A stretch of 50,355 bases of DNA, the filler included, from Catajapyx aquilonaris (Eukaryota), in assembly GCA_000934665.2 (NCBI GenBank). It is 3 parts of 3 records of this genome, joined end to end, with 100 filler letters (N's around TTAATTAATTAA, not from the genome) between each part and the next. Parts side by side here need not be neighbours in the genome. Positions count along the whole stretch, not along the records: positions 1 to 16,669 come from JYFJ02007132.1; positions 16,770 to 33,428 come from JYFJ02007133.1; 1 more part is not named here. One strand, written 5' to 3'. The position numbers were made by a program, and so were the translations under genes. Shown one piece after another: positions 15,101 through 27,124 of this stretch. The notes beneath the pieces were generated by a model that had not been told where the DNA came from, searched no databases, and was given only the letters and a program-made list of their open reading frames with translations. Each line of letters starts with the position of its first letter. Position 1 is the stretch's first letter.

Positions 15101-16041
15101 CTGCGGCGGATGAGTGGACTCTTAGTGCGTGTTTATTACAATCATGACTAGAGTCACACTCATCCACTGCGGGTCTTCTTGGCAACCCTGAAGAAGTGCA
15201 CCTGAGAATATGTTGGTGATAACTGCACATTTTAAGTGACCATGATTAATATTGTCAACATTGCAGGTTTTCTGTGGTTGTACACAATTATTGGTCATGC
15301 TGCATTGTGAGCTTGCCTTTTCAATCTTCTAGGAGTTGGCCCGCCTTTTGCAAGAGCAGGAGAGCAAGCGGAGGGGAGATGTCCTGAATCGTGACCGCCT
15401 GATGGCCATTGAAGCTCAGGATCGTGAACTGGCACGCATGCTTCAGGAGCAGGAGCGGGCCAAGGCTAGACGGGCTAAGGAGAGGGCCAGGCTGAAGCAG
15501 CAGATGAGGCAGGAGACGCAGCAGGAAGAAGCCCCCAGCCCTCCCGGCAACGAGGAACCTCCTAGACGCCCGACTGACTTAGACCTGACCAAGAGGAGTG
15601 TCCGTAGTCGCCAGCCGTAAGTGTACATTTACAGTGTCCGGGCAGAGTGGCGCACTATCATTTTCTCATGATTTTCATAGGCATCCGGACCCTGACTCCA
15701 TAGAAGAGCTTCCGCCCCCACTGGAAACACCCTCTGCCATACCCAACATAGCTATGGTCATAGACCCTACATACTCGCGGCGTCACCACCCGCACCATCA
15801 TCAACGCCCTCCTCTGGACACTGCCTTCGAGCAACCCCAAGCCAGTCCTGAACCAGGTTCGGAGGTTACCAGTCCGGCCTACTCGCTCCCACCACCCGAG
15901 CTGTACTTGGAAGATGGCGAGGAGGAAGACGACGCCCCAGTCCCTCCTTACATGCCGATACAAGGCCAGCGACGCATGTCCACAACGCCCGAGAAAAAAA
16001 GCAAGCCAAAGAAGGGCAAAGATGGCTGCAAAACTCAGTAA
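12104..16041 (+). CDS. CCDC50: Coiled-coil domain-containing protein 50 (Ymer)-like, 6 exons, about 440 aa
   Basis: Exons 12104-12203, 12284-12346, 14270-14514, 14718-14987, 15333-15616 and 15681-16041 (1323 nt). CCDC50 N-terminal signature VCREWLVHEDGALAYQLQNEEIKDHY..N and repeated MIU-like motifs (DAEVARRL, DAELARLLQEQE, DRELARMLQEQE). Intron 3 is GC-AG. Confidence 0.85.
12410..12720. repeat. Degenerate dispersed repeat (GTTCCGTTCAGAAACG-like units) in CCDC50 intron 2
   Basis: About six TTCAGAAA-type cores at roughly 12438, 12518, 12548, 12574, 12600 and 12690. Confidence 0.5.
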
Positions 16042-16669
16042 AAAAAAAAACAAGCAATCGACACTGTGATTTAAATCCACTGCCATATAACAAGGGATCA
16101 TTTAATATATGAAGATACATAAGAGTGGCAGCTGTTAGCTTTATATCGTCTTCCTGAGCTATAATACTGGTGTGGGTTCCTTTCTTTTGTAGCTTTTTTT
16201 TCCAATGCATTCCAGAGATATTTATACCCTGTAATTACAACATGTCCAGCGTGGTGCTATTGTGATAACAGATAATACTATACAGCTTGTCGCTTTTTGT
16301 GCGAGGTCCACATATCACAAAACCCAGTGCCTTTTTTTCGGGTTGGATTTATTATGAAATAATACTCGTCCATCTTTGGCCTTTCCCCGAGGAAGAGACT
16401 CTCTAACTGACCTCTCTTTTTTTTATACAAATTTAACGAGTAGGAATATTTTTGAGTTGAGAGCGTAGTGCATGTTACTTTTGTTTTTCAAATTTGGGCA
16501 AATCATTGGGAAAATGAGAACACACCTGAAAAACATGCACATGCTCAACGTGGTTAAGTGTCTAGTCCCACGTAATAAAAATTTCCATTACAACAAAATT
16601 TTCACTCGTGTATATCTATGTAAACGATGTTCCTGCTTCTATGCAAGCTTTTTTGTACTACATTTAATA

Positions 16670-16769
16670 NNNNNNNNNNNNNNNNNNNNNNNNNNNNNNN
16701 NNNNNNNNNNNNNTTAATTAATTAANNNNNNNNNNNNNNNNNNNNNNNNNNNNNNNNNNNNNNNNNNNN
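16670..16769. other. Artificial contig spacer
   Basis: 44 N + TTAATTAATTAA (stop codons in all six frames) + 44 N. Confidence 0.95.
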
Positions 16770-16979
16770 GCTTTTTGTGTGTGTGTGTGTAATGTAAATT
16801 ACTTGACGTTATTGGGGGTGGGGATTCATTGCGGTGAGGGTATGTGGTCACTGTTTTAACATCGTGGCCTGAGGTAATGATGGGTGGTTTCGTTGGGATG
16901 CGTGTGCTGCAGGGGGGTTCTTGGGAGGGGGTGGTGAGGTGGGGCTGGTTAGAGCGGGCCCAGTGGTGGTGTGAAATGG

Positions 16980-17580
16980 CTATGCAGGGAAATATCTCCT
17001 AAGGCGATCGCGATGCACCAGCTGAGTTTTTCCATCACCGATTTTTTCAATCAGGAAAAGTACTGGTCCGCGCCGCTGGATCACCCTGTAGGGTCCATCC
17101 CATGGGCTGAAGAATTTTTTGCTGAGGCCCACAGGACATTAGGGCCTGTTCAATAGCACCATGTCACCCTCTTTGATGTGCCTGGGGCGAAATTTCTTGT
17201 CGTGTTTCTTCTGCTTGTTGAAGGCCTCCTGGAGGCGTTCCTTCACGACCTGATGTGTCTTCTGGAGTATTTTCGCCAGGTTTTGAGTGAAGTCAGTCGT
17301 GGGCTGGTGCGTCTCTTTGTGGATGATGTCATCAAACGGGATAGTCCCTCCCGTGGTTCAAAAAAAAAATTGAGTTTCTCCCGTCGACTCTTGAATTGCT
17401 CCTCTGTATGCCATTAGCACGAGTGGGATTTCTTTATCCCAGTTCTGCTGGTTCTGGCTTACGTAATGGCTTAACATGTCGCATAAGGTCCTGTTGAATC
17501 TCTCCAGAAGTCGGTTCGCTGCGGGATGGTATTCTATTGTCTGCAAGGATTGTATAAGTAATGTGTGGATATTTCCCAAA
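16980..17580 (-). mobile_element. Ty3/Gypsy integrase C-terminal fragment, degenerate
   Basis: YHPAANRLLERFNRTLCDML...WDKEIPLVLMAYR, then IKEGDMVLL and KKFFSPWDGPYRVIQR...VHRDRLRRY (GPY/F module). Contains an in-frame stop and a frameshift. Confidence 0.9.
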
Positions 17581-17979
17581 AGCTTGACAGGAAAATCCGA
17601 CTTGTCATTAGCACACAACTTTATTTTATTTTCTGTCCCCACTGATTCCCACCCTCCCGTTTTCCTTCAGCATCTGCAGTTTTGTTTCGTAGTACATGCA
17701 CTTGGCATTCTTTGCAGGCAACTTCTTGTGCAGCTCTTCCATAAACGCCAGCTCCTTCCTCTGCCGGATTAAATCTACGCACTCGGATATTGGAGCACCT
17801 CTTATAGGCTACGTCGTTGGGGCCTGTAATGTATGATGCTATAGTTACTCAGGTATGGAAATATGGACAGCAAGTGGTGACATGCTCATGCAAAATACAA
17901 ACATTAATGCAGTTTCTATTGTTATAAAGGTCTGTCCATTATGAGGGGAATGACTTGAAAGGACTTCAGTGAGTGTTTT

Positions 17980-18190
17980 CCCAGGTAGCACAGCGACATC
18001 CCATGGATATCCATGCAATATCCCTGTGGATATACCCAATCTCCCACAGACATCCATGAAAATCCAAATTACATCCATCGGATATCCATGGGAAGAGCTG
18101 GTGTCTGGGGTCTGGAGTGCCTATGGATATCCGTAGGACATCCATTTCTGTAATATCCATGGGATGTAACATTACGGGTCATTCCTAGGA
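17980..18190. mobile_element. CACTA/EnSpm-like terminus with subterminal repeats
   Basis: Begins CCCAGGTAGCACAG and is followed by an array of short direct and inverted GGATATCC/GACATCC/CCATGG units, as in animal EnSpm-type ends. Confidence 0.6.
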
Positions 18191-18569
18191 TGTAGTTCTA
18201 ACCGAATGATATCAAATATGACATGGATGAGATATTATATTTCACATCATTTATTTCAATCCCCGAGAATACAGCACATGTGTGGACAATGATGAGGGTA
18301 ATGACACGCAACACGCAAGAAAAAGAATGAACCTCTGAAAATATCAGTCACAATAATATAAATATGACTACAATAATGTCTTCCGGTCAGCATAATTTTA
18401 TGATCTCTGCATGATACAAATTTGTAAGAGTCAAAGCTAAGTTAAATTGAAATAAACATTCAGTTTCCAAAGGTCCCAAGTCCACGTTTGGACGATTTCG
18501 CGTTACATACATGGGGGGGGGGGGGGGNGGGGGGGGGGCTCCTTGCCCAGCTGTGTACTACTGTCCCTT

Positions 18570-19400
18570 TAATCATTGCCAACCCTGGCTTTTGCAGCAG
18601 CGGCCCTGGCCTTTGCGTGGCGGAGCCATTCCTTTACTTCTTTCTCCACGTCGCTGTGCGTAGCATCTTTGTGACTCCCCATAGTGATCTCTGAGAGAGA
18701 AAAAAAGAAGTGCATGAGACACTATTCCAAGCATTTCACCTTCTTTACCAATGAAACAGTTGTTCATAAGTAAGCTATTCTGATAGAACTACATAGTAAA
18801 TCATATCAATTAGATGGCCATATTTTGATGCACCCTATATGGAATCCTATACCATGACACAAGTAGACATTTATGCAGGTAAAGCAACTATCACAATAAC
18901 ATCCTAAAACATGATGCATGATCACTTTTCTTACCAGTGCAGAGCGATTGTTCACATCCTCCTTCAGCTTCACCTCCATTGCTTTTAATTCCTGTATTGT
19001 TGCAACAGGAAGCAGAAACAGTGGTGTTGTCAATTGACATCGAGTTGGATGCTGTATCCCTCTTCAGCAGGACATCTAGTGATGTCAGTGCCTGCTCCCC
19101 AAGGATCCGTGTCCTGGTCGTCTCCCTCAAAAGTTGTTCCAGGAGTGCTGTGAAAAATAATACAAGCTGGAGTTGTAAAGACGTGCTTTCCACAATTATA
19201 TATTAATAGTGAATTTCACCTTTATTAGCCACTTCCGTTTCTTTTCTTTTTTTCAACTGTGACGATATAACTGACATGCAGTTGCTGCAGGAATGGGCAG
19301 TTGGAGTGTGCGTGATGGGTATCACGTGCGATCCTGAGGCGGTACCATGTGGCACTTCCTGCTCTGCCCATGGACCCACCACGGCACCTGGCAGGATTAA
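18570..19400 (-). pseudogene. DUF4806-type transposon accessory gene fragment (spliced)
   Basis: LLPVATIQELKAMEVKLKED...SALV followed by a donor site, and a last exon DATHSDVEKEVKEWLRHAK. Lies next to the EnSpm-like terminus. Confidence 0.6.
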
Positions 19401-20095
19401 TTATTGCACATCATTTCAGCTGTTTCTTTTGGGGGTCTCTAGCAGCAAGAAGCAGATTGTTATATTTCTGACATTGCTGCTTCATTATTAATATGCATTG
19501 CAGTGATAATAAAGGGGCGTTCTCATATACATATATCATAATGTGCCCAACACATCACATTGACAACTCATGGTGGGGACAGAGTGGTGGCAAAGGCATC
19601 ATGCACATAAGCTACTATGTTGCAAGTGCGTCTTCCATACTGCATAAATATCCAAGAAGCGGTGTTTGGCTGAGGATTTTTTTATTCGCACGAGCTGTAA
19701 TGAAGTTGCACATCATCAGTTTGATCTGCTTCTTCTGCTTCTGCGTGATCTGCGATCAGAAAAGGCCAGGGTTGGTGACCCCGGATCTAGTTGTTGAACA
19801 TATTAGAGGTGTGCGCCGACATATGAGAAACCGGCGGCGGCGAAAATGACTCCCATCTGCTCCTTGACTTCCTTCACCTCTCTGGACATCCTCCCCTCTA
19901 TCCTCTTCATCTGCGTCGCCATGTCCTCCAGCATCTTCATAAATCGTGTCACCATCACCGCCAGCTCCTCCTCCTCTTCCTCCTTTCCCCCGTCTCCATT
20001 GTCATCCTCCTCCTCGCTGGCCGGTGGCGAGATGACCTTCCTCTTCTTCCCGGACTCATTCCCAACAGACTCAGCATGGCCGCCGCCATCTTTCC

Positions 20096-20290
20096 TTGGC
20101 TACGCTCACCCTGCCCCAAGTATGTGCAAACACTCGGGGCCGGCAGTCCCTAGCCTCCACAAGTTGGGAAACGCGAGTGCTCTTGGCACTTTGGGTCATG
20201 GGCAACCAGGAATCCTTCCGGGGAGTAGCGGACCGGTTTGGAGTAGGTCGGGGGTTGGTGGTGAGAGGGGATTGTCTTCTTATGCTGTAG
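20096..20290 (+). mobile_element. PIF/Harbinger transposase HTH fragment
   Basis: ETRVLLALWVMGNQESFRGVADRFGVGRG matches the Harbinger transposase N-terminal helix-turn-helix. It is convergent with the Myb ORF, an arrangement common in Harbinger elements. Confidence 0.8.
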
Positions 20291-20491
20291 TGGCGTGCTG
20301 GTTGCCTTTCCCATTGGTGGCAGTTTGGTTGCTGCCTCGATTGGTTGCTCTTCACCGAAGAGCTCTCGCCATTTTTTTTGTGTCTGATATTGGACGTGCT
20401 GTGGCTGATGTTGTGGGTGTCTTTTTGAAGGGGCCATGCCTACAGAGAGTTTGCGGCCTTCTGCGAAGGGGTCTGCACTCTCCGGGCACAC

Positions 20492-21169
20492 CTAATCAAG
20501 TGTCCCACAGGTCAAGCTGCCACAGAAGTTATGGAGAAGTTTTCGAGTCTTCGAGTAGCATGTTCTCCTAATGCAATCGGGTGCATTGATGTTCTCCAAC
20601 ACCTGTATCCTCCTCTCTTCTAATTCTCGAAGTTCCCCCCATTGCTGATCCTCCCTCTGCCGCTGCGCTTCCTCCCGGGCCTCGTCTGCTGCCTTCTTGT
20701 CCACCAGGTAGGACTGGAACCAACCAGGGGTTGCGTCAGGGTGGCGCTTGTGCCTCTTCCGAACAGGGGTCTCGGAACTTGCACCTGCTGCCGTTGGTTC
20801 TGCATCATGAGCTGCACAGGGGATGGAAGAAAGCAGCGTTTCTGGCCTCGGTGATACATTCTCCTTGTGCCCCAGCCCCTCATCCATGAGTTCAAAGAAA
20901 GGCCATGTAATCGCTCCGGTCACAGTCTTCTTCATTCTGTCCTTGATTGATGTGTACCGTTTCTTTACGTTACGCCACTTGGCATATCGTATGCTGCTGA
21001 TGACAACCATCTTCTCTGACACCTTCTTCCACAGCTTTACTTTTGGGATTGGGCTGCTCGCAAATGCCTCGTTCATCTCCAGCCTGATGACCACCAGAAG
21101 TCTGATGTTTTGTTCAGTCCAGGCAACTGTTGATGGAAAGGGGGGGAATACATATATTATGTAACACAA
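20492..21169 (-). mobile_element. Myb/SANT-like (trihelix) DNA-binding ORF of Harbinger type, internally deleted
   Basis: WTEQNIRLLV..R...F.....KVKLWKKVSEKM...KWRNVKKRY.....WPFFELMD, followed by a C-terminal coiled coil. Acceptor site near 21127. Confidence 0.8.
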
Positions 21170-22189
21170 GATAATTATAATTATCTACTCATTTACTGAA
21201 AGGCAAGAATTATTTTACATATGAATATGAACACTATGCAATCATATTATCCACTCTGCTTAATATATTTATTGTCTTCTGTAATATATACTGCACTGTG
21301 ACACTATACACTAAATATTCACACTGTGACACTGGCTCCATTGGCTCAATTATTGAAATCAATCAGTCTTTTGACAAATTTGAAAATGTTATGTCATGTC
21401 ATAGATTGTCTTACCAGAAATGAGTGTAAGCTGATTAAATTATTTAATAGTGTTAAATAATTCTAATCATTTTATTGAGATCAGTCCTTTTAATGCGAAC
21501 ACTCCATTTATTGCCGGCATTTCATTATTTTACACATCAAATATCACAACCTCATAAATTTATCGTGCTTCCTCCATTCTGGATCTGCGGGCACATAATT
21601 TTATTGAGTAGCTCAATAAACTCGAGACTAATAATTTTATTCAGTGAGGCTATTACAGCAGTCCTCAATAATCTTATGGACTAAAGCCAATATCGTATAG
21701 GGGCATTTATCGGAACTTGTCAATAAAAATATTGCCGTACAGTTTACAGTGATAGAGAGGGAATGCAGCGGGGATTGGAAAAAAAAATTACCCTTCCCCT
21801 GGTGACATCGATGATTCTAATATTTGGTCCGCCCCGATGTCTGTCAGGACGTCGTCGATGGGATGCGGTGTGTCAATGTCTTCATAGTCTGCCACGTAAT
21901 ACATCTCTGTTGTTGGAGAAGAAGAACAATATTAATGAGGGTGAAGGGTGGGAGACATAAGACACATTACCTAAATTGAGGTCTTCGCCGACCTCCAAGG
22001 TATACCTTGACTGTGTCTCCAAGCCAGAACTCCAGCAAATTTAATGGTGAAAAAATTGGGAAGTATTACAATGACACAGGATTTGGTAGCATACACCTAC
22101 GGGAAACATGATTTGTGATCAGGGATGAACCACTTTGGCTTCGACGAATTATGAAATTAATGACCAATATTGCAGTGGGGGCTAGCCGC

Positions 22190-22450
22190 CGGCCGGGTAG
22201 GTTCCCTTTTGCACCATCCACAAGCTCCCGTGCCTGAAACATCACCGAAGTGACAGCTCGGGCAGCTCCAACCACAGTTCTAATTTTTGTGAGGTAGAAC
22301 GGCCTCCCACCAGCGATCATGTGGTACTGGGGCAGTTGCAGAACTGCGGCTCCAAACTCTTCTGCATTTTGGGGCAGTGATGCCATGGCCCCCTTATTAC
22401 GCCGCTTCTGCATGGCGCTTTCCAGTTCGGGAAAGCCAACCAGCACTGCA
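22190..22450 (-). mobile_element. MULE (Mutator-like) transposase N-terminal fragment
   Basis: FPELESAMQKRR....SLPQNAEEFG....GRPFY resembles the segment that precedes the MULE DDE domain. Confidence 0.55.
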
Positions 22451-23344
22451 GCCTGTGGGTCCCTGCAAAACTACGAAATGAAATTGCTGGTTGCGTTATG
22501 GGCAAAAGAGAGTTCCTGTGCAAGGCAGCCACAAAATAATTATTGAGGATAGAAGAATCACACACATCATGCAATGCTACAACGTGGCAACAATAAGAGT
22601 AAATAATACATTATTACATGCCGTACAGCAAGTATTAAGTTACATCATAGCTGAAATTCTTCACTACAGCCAGGCCATAAAGATTGAAAGTTAATGTTAA
22701 CGACTCGTCAGTATATATATGCAATTATTTTCTGCAATGTGAATGTGACAGACTGTGTATCACGTTATGTCGCCACATCCATGTCTGCAAGGTAAGGTTA
22801 AGGCAGACAGTTTTCAGTTTCAATGATACCCTAGTAAGCCTGACATGTTTCACTCTAAGTGAATTTATACAGCCGGGTTAGGTTAATGCTGAAATGCCAT
22901 GTTCTGCTTCAACTAACTGCTCCATCACGTAATTTGTGAGGACAGAAGGGTGTCGCTGGCGCAGATCCAACGGCGTTACAGCTGAAGCGACTGGCGGTCA
23001 TCCCTGGACCCTGTACATTGAACACATCATGAGATAATGATGCGAAGCTATGATGCTAATTCTATGCAGTTTAGAGCCAGACTAATGCTACTGCTAAGTA
23101 CTCGTGTGCAATAATAATTATTTGTTGGTATAACAGCTTTGTTGACGTTGCTGCCACTAAGGAGGTCGGTCCAATTGGAAATTGGTCACAAATTCCAGTT
23201 ACTATAATAAAATTATTTTATGAGCTTTCTATATCGACATATTCCAATACATTTACTGTCAGTGGTATCCCTCTGGTTCAGGGATCACGCTGGCCATGTG
23301 TGTCCAGGTCCAAAATACTTTTTTATTGACGTTGTGCCTTGGGT

Positions 23345-23480
23345 CGCGGAGAAGCTTCAACAGGTGCGGAGCATCGGCAAAAACTCACCCTTTTCTGCAT
23401 GATTCGCCGAACCATGCAGATGGATTGGGAAACGAAGGACAGTTAGGTGTCACGTGCAGCAGATTCAATACTGTTATGGT
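23345..23480 (-). mobile_element. P-element transposase fragment (GTP-binding insertion region)
   Basis: LNLLHVTPNCPSFPNP....RKG*VFADAPHLLKLLR contains the diagnostic D..HLLK motif. Confidence 0.85.
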
Positions 23481-23869
23481 TTTGCCACCTAGATCAGCGA
23501 CGCAGCCTGCCGCACGGTATCCGGCTTCGGAGGCAGCTGAATCGCTTTTATTCTTCTTCATTGGCGATAGCTCTTCAAGCCTATACTGGATGCACTCTTC
23601 CTGCACTGTCTCCTCTCATGTCTCGCTGATATTTTTTCTGGTCCTGCGTCACTTGCGAGCACCGCCAGCTCCCTTGTTGCTGGACTCCAGCTGCGTAAAC
23701 AGACCTTCCTTGGACATCCCGGCATCTACCCGAGTTAGTCAGATTGTAGGACGAACCATGGCGACAGCTAGCTCTTGCTGTCGGAGTCATGTGCCCACCG
23801 ACGTATTGTGCTCTCCTGCTTCTGAAGTCACTCGATGAACTTCCAGATTGAGGGGTGATTGGGGCCGAG

Positions 23870-24055
23870 GAGACTTTACCAGTTCTCTGGCCAAAGTGTT
23901 TAGAAATTTACGCCTTTGAGTTTTCCAACCAGTATTACAGCTAAACAATATGTAAGCATTGATATCTGAAATATTCAGGAGGTGACAAAACACTGCCATC
24001 GGCCATCGCCGTGCTCATCTGGAGGCTGTGAAATGTGCAGTCAACTTATCGCAAA
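23870..24055 (-). mobile_element. piggyBac transposase fragment
   Basis: DKLTAHFTASR*ARRWPMAVFCHLLNISDINAYILF....RRKFLNTLARELV. Confidence 0.88.
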
Positions 24056-24059
24056 TAAT

Positions 24060-24635
24060 CACCCGGCCCATCGATGCATACAGCGTAATACACATGCCCA
24101 CACTGTGACGTGTGAGTCCAATACTGTACTAGGCACACACGGCACACATCCTCTGCCCGCTCTGGAGTGTCATAGTCAGCAGAAGCGGCACCTGCAGGGG
24201 CACCAGCAGCGGGGACAGGCACATCACCAGCATTCATCTGATTAGGTTATTAGATTATTACTTATTTTTTTTAACTGTACGGTACTCAACTGACCCAGGA
24301 AAGTCCACAGGTTTGGGTGACGGTTGATCATGTTCCTTGAAAGGGTTGCATGGAACGACTCGAGGGTATTGTTAGTCCTTCTTTTAAGTCCATATACCGA
24401 AACGACAGAGGTCCCAAACGAGGACCCAACCAAAAGCTCCCCATGTATGCAAGGAACCCGGCGCAGACAGCCCTCACTGTCGGCATAATCTTCGATTGCT
24501 TAGAATGTGCCTGTGGGATGGCAGTTTCTGGGGGGAGTGCCAGGACCATCGCCATCTTCATCACCATCTTCACTGGTGCTGTAGTGTTGGCTGTATCACG
24601 CAGGCCAAGATTTCGGACCTTGCGGGTGATGGCAT
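24060..24635 (-). mobile_element. MULE transposase C-terminus plus degenerate RING finger
   Basis: MAMVLAL...GFLAYMGSFW...SVYGLKRRTNNTLESFHATL...HPNLWTFL, then a donor (G|gtcagt) and a downstream CRVC...CGH..C motif. Confidence 0.8.
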
Positions 24636-24888
24636 GAGGGGAGAAAAATTATGATTAATATGGATAATTATTATTAATAACAATGGTATAATTAGAAGCA
24701 CTTGTGGTTCTTTCTCCTGATGATCTGTAGGATGCATCCTGAACAGGACCAGTCCATATTGCCGAACTCTGCTGAAACTGGACGACTGCATAGGCCATTG
24801 TAGAACTATAATAAGGGATAAAAATCTGCAGTGGTCAGCAAGTCTGTGACTGTTGCAGTGTAACTTACAGAGTGTACATGATACAGCG

Positions 24889-25110
24889 TCACAAAGTCGT
24901 GAGCAGGAGTGGAAGAACTGCCCATTTTGAATGAGAAAGCATTATTGGGATTTTAACGCATTTGCAAAATACCACATTCATTGGCCAAGAAGTTAATTCT
25001 TCCAATGTGTCCTCGTGCACTTCACATATTCCCAAGCTCATTGTCTGAATAGGTGAGGTGTACAAGTTACTAGTGTGCCTGTACTTTCGGCCAATTATCA
25101 CCGATGCCCC
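24889..25110 (-). mobile_element. CACTA/EnSpm transposase extreme C-terminus
   Basis: IIGRKY....LYTSP.....GICEV....LTSWP....CKCVKIP.....VLPLL. Immediately downstream, an ORF starting MAYAVVQF at 24798 resembles the start of the partner gene. Confidence 0.65.
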
Positions 25111-25259
25111 CGTTTCAGAGAAAGGGGCAAAAGTTTTCCACATTGATAATACTCCCGTCCTTCATGTAGCAACAAGAATTTCCCTCCACTGCCTTCAGTT
25201 CTGGGCGTCAAGGATTTCCTTGGCAAAGTCCTCACCGATGTGGAAGTCAGACGTCTGAC

Positions 25260-25560
25260 TCAGGCTGGACAGCAGTACTGCACGAGATGCGTCACATTTG
25301 TGCAGTGATATGACCTTCCGACAAGCCCATCCAGCCACATAATATTCTGCATTTGCCACACACACTTCATCACCTACTTCTTCGCATATAGCTTCATTGG
25401 ACTCATCAGGTACATGATCGGGACTGCTATATGAATTAACTACCATTTCCTCCGCTATTAAGAGGAAAGATCGTCCTCACAATTCTTGCTGGAGCTCATG
25501 CAGTTGAATCAAACTCAGAGCTGACGGAAGACTGACAAGTGTTTATTTTGAGGTGCTGCT
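25260..25560 (-). mobile_element. P-element/THAP9-like transposase C-terminal fragment
   Basis: SVFRQL...SSSKNCEDD...NAEYYVAGWACRKV...KC, with stop codons. Confidence 0.75.
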
Positions 25561-25706
25561 TAAATACAGAAAATGGGGGGGGGGGGNNGGGGGGGGCGCT
25601 AACGTTCCGGTTCAAGGGCACATCCTGGTAGGGTGTATCCTGGTTGAGGATCAGTGGTCTAGACGGGCTGGCTGAGAATCCGGGTCAGGATCCGGATTCC
25701 ACCACA

Positions 25707-25900
25707 CTGCTGATGACAACCATCTTCTCTGACACCTTCTTCCACAGCTTTACTTTTGGGATTGGGCTGCTCGCAAATGCCTCGTTCATCTCCAGCCTGA
25801 CGACCACCAGAAGTCTGATGTTTTGTTCAGTCCAGGCAACTGTTGATGGAAAGGGGGAGAATACATATTATATTATGTAACACAAGATAATTATAATTAT
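25707..25900 (-). repeat. Near-identical direct duplicate of 20994-21184 (Myb/SANT exon start plus upstream intron)
   Basis: Aligns by eye over about 190 bp with only a few substitutions and one small indel. Confidence 0.95.
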
Positions 25901-26344
25901 GGTGTGTCAGAATTATCATATTTTTACTACTTGTTAATTGATGCTTTTGCACAAGACAATAATTCTCCAAACAATTATATCAAGGAAACACATCATCTGC
26001 ATGGGTCATCCTTCCCAGAGCATGATTTTTTAACTCCAGAGCTATTCATGACTCAAGATTAAAACTGGACGCATTACAACTTGTGTGGGTCTATATTCGT
26101 GTCACCAAATATGAAAGATGTGGCGCAATTACATCACTGATTTTCGGAGGTCTAAATTCTTGGAAATTTGACCGATGCAAAGCCAGGTTAGATTTGCGAG
26201 GGAAACAGCTTCCATAGTTGAATTCTCTTCATCATCCTCTTTCTTTTGATACATAATTATGTTTGATGGGTTTGGATGACGGCTACACACATAAATAATT
26301 CGCCGAAAAAGGAGGCCTGTGCTTTTTGCTTTAAACTTGGTTTC

Positions 26345-26960
26345 TTTTCGTAGCATAAAGTCATCCCAGAATGGGTCATCCCTCTCAACTACTTCATGGT
26401 GGATAGGCTTCCTCCGTCCTGCCCAAATGACAACGTGGGCCTTTTGCCGACCAGTGACGTGCATCTGCCCCTGAATTTGATAAAAGTATTTGTGAGTCTT
26501 TTAAGTTGCAGAGCACCACACTGGGTTTTTCCAAGGCAGAAGGAAGTATTTTTAGCTGCTGCTTCGAACGTTCCAGTCACCGAAGGCAGCCAGCCACTTC
26601 ACCTCTAGTATGGCGTCCCCCACGAGTCCATCAGGACTGGCGCCGAGATAGCCGTGCTCGCAATCTTCACCTTCAACCCGGTTTTCTCTTAGAATGCTTG
26701 CACGGCAAGGTGTTCGTTTATGATCCCATATTCCATTGCGGTCGTCGTAATACCTGACAACAGCACAACTTTCACAAGTGGCCCCCCTGGTGTTGTTTCT
26801 CGGCGTATACTGCACCACAATTAGAGGCCGTAAGTCTAGGGTACCGCAATTCTTTCCACAAAGTCACTCTTACTTTGGTTCAGTGACTCCTGCATGGTTT
26901 CTTGCTCGGCTTTACTAACTTGAAGGGATTTCAGGTACTCTCCGCAGGTATTCACCGCTC
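26345..26960 (-). mobile_element. YqaJ/lambda-exonuclease domain fragment (Kolobok-associated)
   Basis: AMEYGIINE..A, HGYLGASPDGLVG....EVK and YFYQIQGQMHVTGR....VIW......RDDPFW, spread over frameshifts. Confidence 0.88.
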
Positions 26961-27124
26961 GTAGGGTCTTTCTTGCTTTGCTGTCAAACTTGGGTGTTTT
27001 GGGCCAGCTTGTGCAGATGTCCTCTGTAATTGCGTACCACATGGTTGGCCCACTCAATTTTAGTTACTACACGGCGATTCCAGCCTCACAAAATATCCTG
27101 CACTATTTTTCGGCAAATTTAAAT

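Noticed and set aside
16714..16725. TTAATTAATTAA palindrome in the middle of an N run (again at 33473-33484)
   Set aside because: Identical 44N-12-44N layout twice marks a six-frame-stop assembly linker, not biology.
17980..18190. Repeat arrays here and at 33184-33428 as a CRISPR array
   Set aside because: The units are short, degenerate, in both orientations and lack unique constant-length spacers. The context is eukaryotic with no cas genes, and they fit transposon subterminal repeats.
19790..19850. FAAAGFSYVG as a BIR (IAP) domain fragment
   Set aside because: It is followed by a stop and lacks the Cys/His zinc ligands, and it is too short to call.
19846..20571. 241-aa plus-strand ORF
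   Set aside because: It crosses several unrelated fragments and is mostly antisense to acidic minus-strand coding remnants.
26345..26960. YqaJ domain as a prophage or viral insertion
   Set aside because: The same domain follows a Kolobok transposase C-terminus at 32520-33170, and no phage structural genes are present.
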